This document shows positions 29,476 through 38,987 of a stretch of 64,000 nt of DNA, one piece after another. Origin of the DNA: an uncultured Gammaproteobacteria bacterium (GTDB taxonomy: Bacteria; Patescibacteriota; Microgenomatia; PFEM01; DATLAM01); NCBI GenBank assembly GCA_964566925.1, contig CAZMIZ010000001.1, positions 135,248 to 199,247 on the forward strand, read 5' to 3'. Each line of letters opens with the position of its first letter. The stretch's first letter is position 1. The position numbers and the translations under genes were made by a program. The notes beneath the pieces are model-generated. The model was not told the DNA's origin. It saw only the letters and a list, made by a program, of their open reading frames with translations, and did not search any database.

Positions 29476-31710
29476 ATGAAAAAAGCCTATCAGCCCCAAA
29501 AAACTGAACCAGAAATCTATCGCCTTTGGGAAAAAAGCGGTTATTTTACGCCCAAAAAAGATCCCAAAAAAAAGCCCTTTTCCATTCTTCTTCCTCTCCC
29601 TAATGCTAACGATCCCCTCCATGTAGGTCACGCTCTTTTTACGATCCAAGATATCCTGATCCGCTACCACCGGATGCTGGGTGATCCGTCCCTCTGGCTT
29701 CCTGGCGGTGATCATGCAGGCATTGAAACCCAGTTTGTTTTTGAAAAGGAGTTAACCAAAAAAGGCAAAAGTCGTTTTGATTTTGATCGGAAAACCCTTT
29801 ATCAAATGATCGTCAAGTTTACCGAGAAAAACAAAGACATTAACAAAGAACAATTAAAAAGAATGGGGTTTTCTTTAGATTGGACCAGATATCACTATAG
29901 TCTTGAGCCAGAAATTTTAAAAACTGTTTTGAATACTTTTAGACAGTTACATCAAGATGGACTGGTTTATCGCGGCGAGCGAATTGTTAATTTCTGCCCT
30001 CATTGCGGCACCGCTTTTTCCAATCTTGAGGTTAAATATAAAGAGGAAAAAGGGCGGCTTTATTTTCTTGATTATGGCCTCCTCCAGGTGGCCACCACCA
30101 GACCAGAAACAATTTTTGCTGACGTGGCGGTTGCCGTTAATCCCAAAGACAAGAGGTTTAAGGAGTTAGTTGGCCAAAAAGCAACTATCCCTTTAATTAA
30201 TAAAAAAGTGCCGATTATTGAAGACCACTTAGTGGACATTAAGTTCGGCACCGGTGCCCTAAAAATCACCCCTGGTCACGATCCAACCGACTTTGAAATC
30301 GGCCAAAAACACCAGCTCCCCATCATCAAAGTGATTGACACCAATGGTAAAATGATTAATCTGCCGAAAAAATATCTAGGCCTGGGCATCAACCAGGCGA
30401 GGAAAACCACTCTGGGTGGCTTGGAAAAAGAAGGCAAGCTAGTTAAAACCGAATCCTTCGAACATTCAGTTGGTTATTGTTATCGCTGTGGAACGACCAT
30501 CGAGCCCCTCACCATGCCTCAATGGTTTATTAAGATGAAACCCTTAGCTAAGCCGGCGATTGAGGTTGTTAAAAAAGGTAAAACTAAAATTGTCCCCAAG
30601 AAGCGGTTTGAAAAAATGTACTTTGACTGGCTGGAAAACATTCAGGACTGGAACATCAGCCGCCAAATTGTTTGGGGGCCCAGGATTCCAGCTTGGTATT
30701 GCCTGGAGTGTAATCCAGAAATCACCGTTAATTTTATTGATAAAAAGGGCAAAAAGGTCTCAGGAAAATATCGGGACTTGAAGAGCCAGTATGCTCTGGC
30801 TGAAATTGAAAAGGGATTGCAAAGTTTAACGGCTCCGATCAAAGCAGACTATTCTTTGGAAGAAAAGCGATGCCTAAAATGTGGCAACCAGCACCTTCTT
30901 CAAGAAACCGACACTTTTGATACTTGGTTCCTTTCCTGCCAATGGCCACTGACCACTTTAGGCTATCCTGATAAAAGCGACTTTAAATATTTCTATCCCA
31001 CCTCTGTTCTGGATACACTATGGGATATTCTTTTCTTCTGGGTGGCCCGGATGATGATTTTTGGCCTTTATTTAGCCAAAAACGTCCCTTTCAAAGTCAT
31101 CCACCTTCACGCTCGGGTGGTAGATCAACATGGCCAGAAGATGAGCAAAAGCAAAGGTAATGTTCTTAATCCGATGACCATGATCGAAAAATATGGCGCT
31201 GATGCCCTGAGGATGGCTTTAGTCATTGGTGTTTCGCCGGGCAGCGATATCGCCCTCTCTGATGATAAAGTTCGAGCGATGCGCAACTTTGGAAATAAAA
31301 TCTGGAATATCGGCCGGTTTATTCTCTTAAACCTTAAATCATCTAAACAGAAAGTGCCCTTTTATTCCCCTGAAATGAAGTCGCGGTTAACCAAGGAAGA
31401 CCAGAAAATTATCATGGAGTCAAACCAATTGATTAAGAAAACCAGTCTGTTCCTTAGTCGCTATCGGTTTGATCTAGCTGCCGATCAGATTTATCATTTT
31501 CTTTGGCATCGATTTGCCGATGAGTATCTTGAATCTTCTAAGAAGCGAATTAAGGAGGGCGACCTGGTGGTTCTTTCGGTTTTGCGCCATGTCTACCTTA
31601 ATAGTTTAAAGCTTCTTCATCCTTTTATGCCTTTTATCACTGAGGCAATTTGGCAGAAATTTCCCCGTAAATTTGATCAACCGCTAATCATCTCTAAATG
31701 GCCAAGGTAA
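29476..31710 (+). CDS. valS: valyl-tRNA synthetase (short, lacks C-terminal coiled coil)
   Basis: PLHVGHAL (HIGH), KMSKSKGNV, and YPTSVLDTLWDILFFWVARMM match the ValRS-specific region. Confidence 0.85.
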   Translation: MKKAYQPQKTEPEIYRLWEKSGYFTPKKDPKKKPFSILLPLPNANDPLHVGHALFTIQDILIRYHRMLGDPSLWLPGGDHAGIETQFVFEKELTKKGKSRFDFDRKTLYQMIVKFTEKNKDINKEQLKRMGFSLDWTRYHYSLEPEILKTVLNTFRQLHQDGLVYRGERIVNFCPHCGTAFSNLEVKYKEEKGRLYFLDYGLLQVATTRPETIFADVAVAVNPKDKRFKELVGQKATIPLINKKVPIIEDHLVDIKFGTGALKITPGHDPTDFEIGQKHQLPIIKVIDTNGKMINLPKKYLGLGINQARKTTLGGLEKEGKLVKTESFEHSVGYCYRCGTTIEPLTMPQWFIKMKPLAKPAIEVVKKGKTKIVPKKRFEKMYFDWLENIQDWNISRQIVWGPRIPAWYCLECNPEITVNFIDKKGKKVSGKYRDLKSQYALAEIEKGLQSLTAPIKADYSLEEKRCLKCGNQHLLQETDTFDTWFLSCQWPLTTLGYPDKSDFKYFYPTSVLDTLWDILFFWVARMMIFGLYLAKNVPFKVIHLHARVVDQHGQKMSKSKGNVLNPMTMIEKYGADALRMALVIGVSPGSDIALSDDKVRAMRNFGNKIWNIGRFILLNLKSSKQKVPFYSPEMKSRLTKEDQKIIMESNQLIKKTSLFLSRYRFDLAADQIYHFLWHRFADEYLESSKKRIKEGDLVVLSVLRHVYLNSLKLLHPFMPFITEAIWQKFPRKFDQPLIISKWPR

Positions 31711-32294
31711 AAAAAGACACTAGGATATTAAGATATAAGGAGATTCCGAGTAGGATTAGGCCGTGGCTGGAAAACAGAACCGCCACCGCCAGAAAGGTGG
31801 TCGAACATCCGGCAGCCAGAGCCGGGGCTCGTTTCGGTGGTCCGGCTGGGGTCGCCTTCTTGGTTTTTTTAGCAATCTCTTTTCTTTTTCTTCCTAAAGA
31901 TAAGTTCCAATTAGCCAAAGAGCGACTCATTAAAAATCCAGATGATTTTGAAGCCCACCTGATTCTTGCCGAAGAATACCTTGAGAATAATCAGGTTGAG
32001 GAAGCAGAAAAAGAGCTTCTGTTGGCCCAAGGAAATACTGACGAATCAGGCTTAAAATGGAAAGCACTTTGGCAAAAAAAACAAACAGTCAAACCCGAAG
32101 ATCTTCAAGAACTAATTAAAAAATGGGGAGAAATCGTAGCTGAAAAGCCTGATTATCGCGACGGCTATCTTCAACTGGCTTTTCTCCACTATAAACTTTT
32201 TGAAAACGAAAAAGCAAAAGAATATTTGGCAAAGGCCTTAGCGATTGATCCCAACCTTGAAGTAGCTAGAGAATTAGAGAAGCTCCTCCAGTAA
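31698..32294 (+). CDS. membrane-anchored TPR-like repeat protein (hypothetical)
   Basis: One TM helix followed by TPR-like helical repeats (AHLILAEEYLENNQVEEAEK ... AKALAIDPN). Confidence 0.45.
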   Translation: MAKVKKDTRILRYKEIPSRIRPWLENRTATARKVVEHPAARAGARFGGPAGVAFLVFLAISFLFLPKDKFQLAKERLIKNPDDFEAHLILAEEYLENNQVEEAEKELLLAQGNTDESGLKWKALWQKKQTVKPEDLQELIKKWGEIVAEKPDYRDGYLQLAFLHYKLFENEKAKEYLAKALAIDPNLEVARELEKLLQ

Positions 32295-32296
32295 GG

Positions 32297-33547
32297 CTAT
32301 TTAATTTCCATCTCGACGGTACCTTTAAAATTAATCTTCCATTGGCTAATTTTCGGATTAGTCCAATCCCCTTTCTCCCCAGCCACCCTTTTTTCGAAAA
32401 AAATCTCTTCGTTCTCTGCTTTGATTAGAGGATAATCTGTTTCTTCATCGGCTTGCTTCAGGAGCCAATATTTCTCCGCACTAGCATCAAAAGCAGCTAA
32501 ACTAACCCCTTCACCTCCTTCATATGGTCTTTCCGGCCCCACCTTTTCTGGTGCATTAAGGACTAACCGATGGCCATCAAGCCAAATCACTTTGCCATAT
32601 TCAGAAAGGTTGGCAATTGTTCTCTCGTCTTCTAAGTTAACAATCTCTAATTCTCCCAACAAACCAATCCCCTGGCTAATTGCCAAATATTGATTATTAA
32701 AAGAAGAGTAAAGTCGGCGAGCCGGGCCGCCATCTGGCCACTGGTATTCCCTTAAAACTCGCTCCTGGCCTTCTTTATCAACCAGAATTACTTTGGTAAC
32801 ATCGCCTTCTTTGTCGATTCTAAAAGAGATTTGTTTTTCATCGGATGTTAAAAACTTAAAAGTGGAAAGCATGAGATCAAAAATTTCTGCATATCCTTCG
32901 TTGTTTAAGTCGTCCTTATATTCCAAAACAATATGGTTAACCTCGCCTTCTTCTGGGAACACAATTAGCTCATAAAGGTTCGTATAAACTTCCTTGGTCA
33001 CCGCTAATCCCCCAACCGTTATAGATTCCGTTCCGGAAGGTTCTACTTGGGGGACTTTCGGAATAGCATTCCCTGAATAGATGCTCAGACTATTAAGATC
33101 TTTTTCAAAATTAACAATTCCTTGAGGCGTCTGTTCGTCGAGGTGTAAAATCCAATCACTGGGATGTTTGATTAAATAGCCATATTCAGAATTAACGTAG
33201 GTCTGCCAACTGGCGGTCGGATTCGGGGTCACGGTGGCTAACAATCCTGGAGTTGGAGTCAGATGAGGCTGAACGGAGGACCGAAACCAAATGCGGCCCC
33301 ACCAATAAGCGCGGGTGGCCACATTAACTAGAGCCCAAACAACTAGCAGGCCAATTAAGCCGAAAAAAATCTTTTGATGATGAAATTTAATTTGGCGGAT
33401 AATTTTACCAACTAAGCCTCTTTCCTCGATTTCCACTTCCGGAGGGACAGTTTGTTCATTAAGATTAGAAGTTTCCTGATGGGACGGTGACTCAGGCTTT
33501 TCTTCGGCCATCAAGCCAATTTTACTTTTCTTTTCCTGCCTTTGCAA
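32297..33547 (-). CDS. hypothetical membrane-anchored extracytoplasmic protein
   Basis: 416-aa ORF with an N-terminal TM helix. No family recognised. Confidence 0.45.
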   Translation of the reverse strand: MQRQEKKSKIGLMAEEKPESPSHQETSNLNEQTVPPEVEIEERGLVGKIIRQIKFHHQKIFFGLIGLLVVWALVNVATRAYWWGRIWFRSSVQPHLTPTPGLLATVTPNPTASWQTYVNSEYGYLIKHPSDWILHLDEQTPQGIVNFEKDLNSLSIYSGNAIPKVPQVEPSGTESITVGGLAVTKEVYTNLYELIVFPEEGEVNHIVLEYKDDLNNEGYAEIFDLMLSTFKFLTSDEKQISFRIDKEGDVTKVILVDKEGQERVLREYQWPDGGPARRLYSSFNNQYLAISQGIGLLGELEIVNLEDERTIANLSEYGKVIWLDGHRLVLNAPEKVGPERPYEGGEGVSLAAFDASAEKYWLLKQADEETDYPLIKAENEEIFFEKRVAGEKGDWTNPKISQWKINFKGTVEMEIK

Positions 33548-34316
33548 CCTTCTTTTCGGGGGATGGTTTCTTCGGTCTCTTTTCCTCAGGCGAGGTTTCA
33601 GCTTCTTTTTTCTCAGCTGGTTTTTCTTCTTTTTCCTCTGGTTTTGTCTCTTCGGCAGCCTCTTCTGGAGGAGCCTCTTCTGAGGGGGCTACTTCTTCCT
33701 CTTCGGCCGGAGGTTCAACTTTAACTAAAATCTGTTTGGCAGCGGTTAAGATCTCCACTCCCTCTGGAACTTTAAGATCACCGACAGTAACGGCATCATC
33801 AATTTCCTTCAGTCCGGTAACGTTAACCTCAAATTTATCAGGGAGCTCGGTTGGCAGGGCTTCTACTTCAACCTCAACTAAAGGTTGAATCAAGATTCCG
33901 CCTTTTTCTTTAACCGCGGCTGATTCGCCAGTAATCTCCACTGGAACCTCAGTCGTTACTTTTTGTTTAAGGTCAACCTGATAAAAATCAGCGTGGAGGG
34001 GTTGATCCGTCACCGGATCAAGCTGAACATTATGAATCAGAACTGGCCGAGCCTTAGTTTCACCCTTAAGATCTAAATTGACAATCCCTGTCTCCCCTGC
34101 CTCTTGATAAACCGGCAAAAAAGTTTTTAGATCAAGCTGAACCGCACAGGATTTTACCTTCTTACCATAAATATTGGCTGGCAAAATCTCTTTTCGGCGG
34201 AGCTGATTCACCTTTCGGCCGGCCACCTTCCGTTTTTCTGCTTTTAGCTTGGGTGTTTCTTTTTTTACTTTAGCCACAATGTTTCGTATCTTATCAGCTT
34301 CACTTAGCAAAATCAA
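33522..34316 (-). CDS. rplY: ribosomal protein L25 / general stress protein Ctc with Lys/Glu-rich C-terminal tail
   Basis: RKVNQLRRKEILPANIYGKK ... HADFYQVD is L25/Ctc. The start may be the GTG at 34277. The C-terminal KPEEKEEK tail is low complexity. Confidence 0.75.
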   Translation of the reverse strand: MILLSEADKIRNIVAKVKKETPKLKAEKRKVAGRKVNQLRRKEILPANIYGKKVKSCAVQLDLKTFLPVYQEAGETGIVNLDLKGETKARPVLIHNVQLDPVTDQPLHADFYQVDLKQKVTTEVPVEITGESAAVKEKGGILIQPLVEVEVEALPTELPDKFEVNVTGLKEIDDAVTVGDLKVPEGVEILTAAKQILVKVEPPAEEEEVAPSEEAPPEEAAEETKPEEKEEKPAEKKEAETSPEEKRPKKPSPEKKVAKAGKEK

Positions 34317-37194
34317 CCCTGAAGACCAGATCTCGGTTTAAAATTGGGTTGAAAAACAAAGTCTGTTGAGCTAGATTAGCTGATGGATAAGCCTTAAGAG
34401 GAGTGACGCTCGAGGGATAATTCAGCCAAAAATTAAAAGAATCTTGACTGCTACCAGATTGTCTTTGGATTAAAAGAAGATAGGTTGTTTTTGTCCTTGT
34501 CCAATCCATTTTCTTCCCAAGCTGATAGGTCACTTGAACTTTTTTCTTTTCTTTGATCGGCACCTCCACTAAAAATCCAAAAATCGTCTTTCCACTACTT
34601 TCTTTGACGTCAATCTTTTTCTCCCCTAGCGGCCTACCGTCAAAAGCCACTTGTTTAAGAATGGTCTCTTTAGGTAAATAGAGGCGAAGATAGTTTTTAT
34701 ATTGACCGGCGGGGAAATTTTCTGAAGGACTTTCGTTTTGATAAATAATTTGTAATGTCGCCTCAACTGTTCCGTCATCGGCAAGATTGACTTTATGGGT
34801 TAATTCTCTTTTAACAAAATAATTAACCTTGTTGACCCCAAAATTTGTTTCAACGATCATCAAATAATCGGCGAAGCAGGTTGTCTCTGGAATCTGGCAT
34901 TTAACCTCTTTGATCCCGCCATCCCATCCTAATTGACCCATTGTTTCGGCGGCTTTCTGATCGTGGAGATAGACCAAAAGATCTTTCTCGGAAAGACTGT
35001 TATAAACAGCCTTCCCAAGAAGGTACCAGTCAGACCTATGGCTATTTCTTACTCGGTCAAATAGAATCCGGGTGAGACTACCTAGAAAATCCTCTTTTTG
35101 GGTTGACCCCGGGAAAAAACCGACTTCTGCTTGATATTGGGCTCGTTCAAAAAAATTAACAGCGTTAATTTTTTCTTGATAATCTGGCAACTCTACTTCA
35201 CCGGCCACCTCTAAGATTTTACGAGCAAAATCGAGGTTAACCGCCAGGACACCGTCAACCGAACGACCAATTTCTTTTTCTAAAAACCACTCTGCTTTAA
35301 TCGCGCTGGTAGGAAAATCTGGATCAAAATTACTGTCCCGCAAATACCAGCCGGCTTCGCCTAAATATTTTTTAATTTCCGGGGGCGGCTCAACGTGACC
35401 TTTTAGTTGACCGTCAGCCGTGTAGACGTTCTGAACTTCAAAATCAATAAAATGGCCGTTTTCAAAAGTGACGAGAGCAAAAGAGCCAATAAAACCTCCG
35501 GTAGGCCGAAGTTCCATGTTATTTTGAAAAAGAACTAAATAAGTCCGCTTCTCTCTGACAGCAATCAATTCCGGTAGAATCTCTATGCCCTCTCTGGCTT
35601 CCAAGATCAGCGACCTTAATTGAGAAATTCGGCCTGTCAAATCTGCCTCTATTTGATTTAAACCTAAAAGATCTCTAAATAAGGAGTCCACCGGCGCCTT
35701 TTCAAGCCCTGCTTGGATTTGAGAAAGATCGGCGTAAGCCAAGTCAAGTTCGGTTTTAATCTGGCCGGTTAACTTTTGGGTTTCGCCTTCTTGATTCTGA
35801 AAAATAATCGCTGCCACCTCTTCTCCTGCTTGAGCCGCTAGCCCACCATGGTGAATTGCTCCGGCTAAGTTTTGACCAATCCCTAAATCTCTTTCGGCAC
35901 TAATTTTGACTCCCTCAAGACCAATCAGGTCAAAAAACCATTCAAACTGGTCAATTCTTTTTCGGGCCCGAGTAAACGAATTTTGAGCAGAACTCGAATA
36001 ATCAAGGCCTCGCTCCGATTGGGCCGAAAGGAGAGCTTCCTCGGCTTGCTTCAACCGACGAACTCCCCAAAGACAATCAAAACCTAAACTTAAAAGCGGA
36101 CAGGAGAGGACGGTTAAAATTAGAAAAAAAGCGCCAAAGACCATTAGCCAGGATGGGTGAAATCTGGTCGATTTTATCTCCTTCTTCGGTTTAGGAAGTT
36201 TTTCAATCGCTGGCGTTTTCGTTTTCGCCTTCTTCAAAAAAGAAGCCAGAGTTTTCTCGATCCCCTCCTTCAATTCTACTTTCGGTTGCCAGCCAAGAAA
36301 TTTTTGAGAAGTCAAAAACTTTTCTTTTTCCAGAGGAAATTTTTCTTCGTTATCTCCAGGGACAAATTCAATCGAAAGTGAGCCTGATGATTGCTTCTGA
36401 AGTTCGTGAGCAAAAAAAAGGAGGGTTGTTTCCTTTATATCAGCTAAAGAAAAAATCCGGCCGCTAGACCCAGAAATAAACATTGCCCGCAGAAGACCTT
36501 CAACGATATCAGTTACAAAGGTGGGGTGGTATTGAATTTTTCCTTTCCCGGGAATTTTTAGAGGACCGCCAGCCAACACTTCTTTAATTAAGCTAACAAT
36601 TTTTGTTCCCGCCCCTAAGTTCATTCTTGGCCCATAAACTTGACCAAGACGAACAATCCGAGCATCAACTTGATATTTTTTGGAATATTCAAAGACCAGA
36701 TTTTCGGCAAACCGCTTGGCTTCATGATAACTAAACTGTCCTTGATAGTCCTTAAAACTTAAACCAGGAAGGGCGGCCGAATAAATATCAAAGGAGGAGA
36801 TCAGAAGAAACTTTGCTTTATCTTGACGGGCCAACTCCAGAAGGTTGGTTGTCCCGGCCGCATTTACTTTAAGAAGGTTGAGGGAGGTATCTTCTTGACC
36901 GAAGTAAGCCTCAATTCCGGCTAAATGAAACAGATAGTCAATTTTTGGCAACCTTTTTTCCAGGGGCTTAGTCAGGTCGTGCTTAATAAAAGTGAAGTTT
37001 TGGTGATGATAACACTTAGCCAAATTCTCTTTTTTCCCGGTGAGAAGATTATCAAGACAAATTACTTGACATCGCTGGGTTAACAGCGATTCACAAAGAT
37101 AAGAACCGATAAAGCCGGCGCCGCCGGCCACCAAACAAACTGGTTTTTGAGAAGAAGAATCCAGTTGATGAAAAGGTGAAACCTTCTTTTTCAT
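34300..37194 (-). CDS. NAD-dependent sugar epimerase/dehydratase (extended SDR) fused to TM segment and large extracytoplasmic domain
   Basis: N-terminal VAGGAGFIGSYL Rossmann motif, a UDP-sugar epimerase/decarboxylase-like domain of about 320 aa, one TM helix, then about 600 aa of unknown domain. Confidence 0.6.
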   Translation of the reverse strand: MKKKVSPFHQLDSSSQKPVCLVAGGAGFIGSYLCESLLTQRCQVICLDNLLTGKKENLAKCYHHQNFTFIKHDLTKPLEKRLPKIDYLFHLAGIEAYFGQEDTSLNLLKVNAAGTTNLLELARQDKAKFLLISSFDIYSAALPGLSFKDYQGQFSYHEAKRFAENLVFEYSKKYQVDARIVRLGQVYGPRMNLGAGTKIVSLIKEVLAGGPLKIPGKGKIQYHPTFVTDIVEGLLRAMFISGSSGRIFSLADIKETTLLFFAHELQKQSSGSLSIEFVPGDNEEKFPLEKEKFLTSQKFLGWQPKVELKEGIEKTLASFLKKAKTKTPAIEKLPKPKKEIKSTRFHPSWLMVFGAFFLILTVLSCPLLSLGFDCLWGVRRLKQAEEALLSAQSERGLDYSSSAQNSFTRARKRIDQFEWFFDLIGLEGVKISAERDLGIGQNLAGAIHHGGLAAQAGEEVAAIIFQNQEGETQKLTGQIKTELDLAYADLSQIQAGLEKAPVDSLFRDLLGLNQIEADLTGRISQLRSLILEAREGIEILPELIAVREKRTYLVLFQNNMELRPTGGFIGSFALVTFENGHFIDFEVQNVYTADGQLKGHVEPPPEIKKYLGEAGWYLRDSNFDPDFPTSAIKAEWFLEKEIGRSVDGVLAVNLDFARKILEVAGEVELPDYQEKINAVNFFERAQYQAEVGFFPGSTQKEDFLGSLTRILFDRVRNSHRSDWYLLGKAVYNSLSEKDLLVYLHDQKAAETMGQLGWDGGIKEVKCQIPETTCFADYLMIVETNFGVNKVNYFVKRELTHKVNLADDGTVEATLQIIYQNESPSENFPAGQYKNYLRLYLPKETILKQVAFDGRPLGEKKIDVKESSGKTIFGFLVEVPIKEKKKVQVTYQLGKKMDWTRTKTTYLLLIQRQSGSSQDSFNFWLNYPSSVTPLKAYPSANLAQQTLFFNPILNRDLVFRVDFAK

Positions 37195-37306
37195 TAGGGC
37201 AGTCTTCCAAGACTCATCTTACCCTAAACGACTGGTTGTTTCAACCAAAGACCGATAGTAATTAATTATAAACATGAAAAGGAAAACAGTGGAGAAAAGG
37301 TGGATA

Positions 37307-37732
37307 TTAAGACAAAAATCGTTGGTCTAAAATTTCGTTAACTAATCGGTCGGCCTCCAGATTTTTTTCCCTTTTAATAAACTGGTAAACAACATTGCCG
37401 CCAATCATTTGTTCCAGCTGCCGAACTTCGATCACTAAACCTCTTAGATTCTCGTTCTTAATCTTAAAAAGGCCGTTGAGTTGATTGACTACCAAGCGAG
37501 AGTCAAGAAAGAAAGTGACCGCTGACCATTGATGACGGAAGGCCGAGGGCTGACTGAGCCACTTTAAAGCTTCAATCACGGCTTGATATTCGGCCACGTT
37601 GTTGGTAGTTTGACCAATAAACTTTCCCTTCTCTTTCAGGATTTTCCCTGAGCTGTCTTTAATAACAAAACCGATGGCGGCTGGGCCCGGATTGCCTCTG
37701 GCGCCCCCGTCACAAAAAACATCAAGTTGCAT
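37307..37732 (-). CDS. rnhA: ribonuclease HI
   Basis: CDGGARGNPGPAAIG and TTNNVAEYQAVIEAL. Confidence 0.8.
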   Translation of the reverse strand: MQLDVFCDGGARGNPGPAAIGFVIKDSSGKILKEKGKFIGQTTNNVAEYQAVIEALKWLSQPSAFRHQWSAVTFFLDSRLVVNQLNGLFKIKNENLRGLVIEVRQLEQMIGGNVVYQFIKREKNLEADRLVNEILDQRFLS

Positions 37733-38987
37733 AGCACCTCCAAAATAAAAGAATCAGAACAGCGGTTTCCGTGATCCCGGTATTAACCGCCGCCGCTAAA
37801 ACCCCAAACTGGGGGATAAAAATCAGATTTAAGACCAGGTTAATTACCAAACCGGCTCCGTAAATAAAGACCAACGACCGTTGTTGGTTTCTTAAAATTA
37901 AGTCCCACATCAAAAGAGCAGAAAGAAAAAAGAGTGGTAAAGACAAAAACAAAATTCGCAAAACCGAAACCGAAAGCGGCAGGTCTTGACCAGCAATGAT
38001 TTTAATTATCAACGGGCTGGCTGGAATTCCAATGAACATTCCCAAGAAAGAGGCCACTAAAAGGACCAACAGGGCTTTTTTAAAAACGCGCTGATATCGG
38101 TTTCGGTTTTGATCAGCTCTCGCCATGACCGGGTAAACAGCGTTCATAAAAAAAACAGGAAAAACTAAAGAGAGGTCAAAAACTTTATAGGCAGTTTCGT
38201 AAAAACCCAACTCCTGAAGGGAGCGAAGAACAGGAATCAGAAATTTATCAATCTTGAAATAGGCAAGGTTGAAAATTAAAGTCAATCCCAAGGGGGCGGT
38301 TAAGAAAAGGAGATCTTTGAAGATCTTTAGTTTAAAGACAAACCTCAGCTGAGGTAATTGCCTTTTAGCTAAAATCAGAGCGGTTAAGGCCAGGACTAAA
38401 GACCCAAGAGTGATCGCGACCACCAGAGACAAAAGAGAATAACCAAACCAAAGAAAAAAGCCAGCCAAGAAAAGGGTCGTTAGGCTGCTAATACCTAGGG
38501 CCACCATTGACTGATCATAGCGAAGGTTAAATTGGAAAATGGCGTTGGTTGAAGTCACCATTGCTTGGGCGAAGATGGTCATGGCTGCCAAAAGAATTCC
38601 TATTCTAATAGTCGGCTGGCTGTAAGGAGAAGGAAGAATAAGGAGAAGAAAGAGAGAAAAAATAATTAAACCAAGAGAAATCAAAAAGCGAAGAGAAAAA
38701 AGAGAGGAAAAAAACAAAGAGCGCCGCTCTTTGTTTTTAGCGGCCTCCCTGATCACGATGGCGTTAAAGCCGAAGTCCGCCAACAAATAAAAATAGGCTA
38801 CATAAGTAAGAATGGCTGTTAATTTACCAAAGTCTTCCACCCCGAAATAGCGAATCGTCACCATGGTGATGATGAGCATTGTCCCAGCGGAAAAAATTTT
38901 CCCTAAAATTTGGGCGAAGGTGTTAAGAGCGACTTTCTGCGAGAGTTTCATTTTTTCATTGTAGCACTTTATTGACGATTCGCCCAT
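37722..38987 (-). CDS. polysaccharide/oligosaccharide flippase (Wzx/MOP superfamily)
   Basis: About 12 TM helices. The N-terminus LNTFAQILGKIFSAGTMLIITMVTIRYFG is typical of Wzx-like transporters. Confidence 0.6.
   Translation of the reverse strand: MGESSIKCYNEKMKLSQKVALNTFAQILGKIFSAGTMLIITMVTIRYFGVEDFGKLTAILTYVAYFYLLADFGFNAIVIREAAKNKERRSLFFSSLFSLRFLISLGLIIFSLFLLLILPSPYSQPTIRIGILLAAMTIFAQAMVTSTNAIFQFNLRYDQSMVALGISSLTTLFLAGFFLWFGYSLLSLVVAITLGSLVLALTALILAKRQLPQLRFVFKLKIFKDLLFLTAPLGLTLIFNLAYFKIDKFLIPVLRSLQELGFYETAYKVFDLSLVFPVFFMNAVYPVMARADQNRNRYQRVFKKALLVLLVASFLGMFIGIPASPLIIKIIAGQDLPLSVSVLRILFLSLPLFFLSALLMWDLILRNQQRSLVFIYGAGLVINLVLNLIFIPQFGVLAAAVNTGITETAVLILLFWRCYAT

Noticed and set aside
29279-29479. 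66-aa ORF upstream of valS
   Set aside because: It lies inside a promoter-proximal leader, has no homology signal, and is more likely non-coding regulatory RNA. A strict T-box consensus was also looked for and not found.
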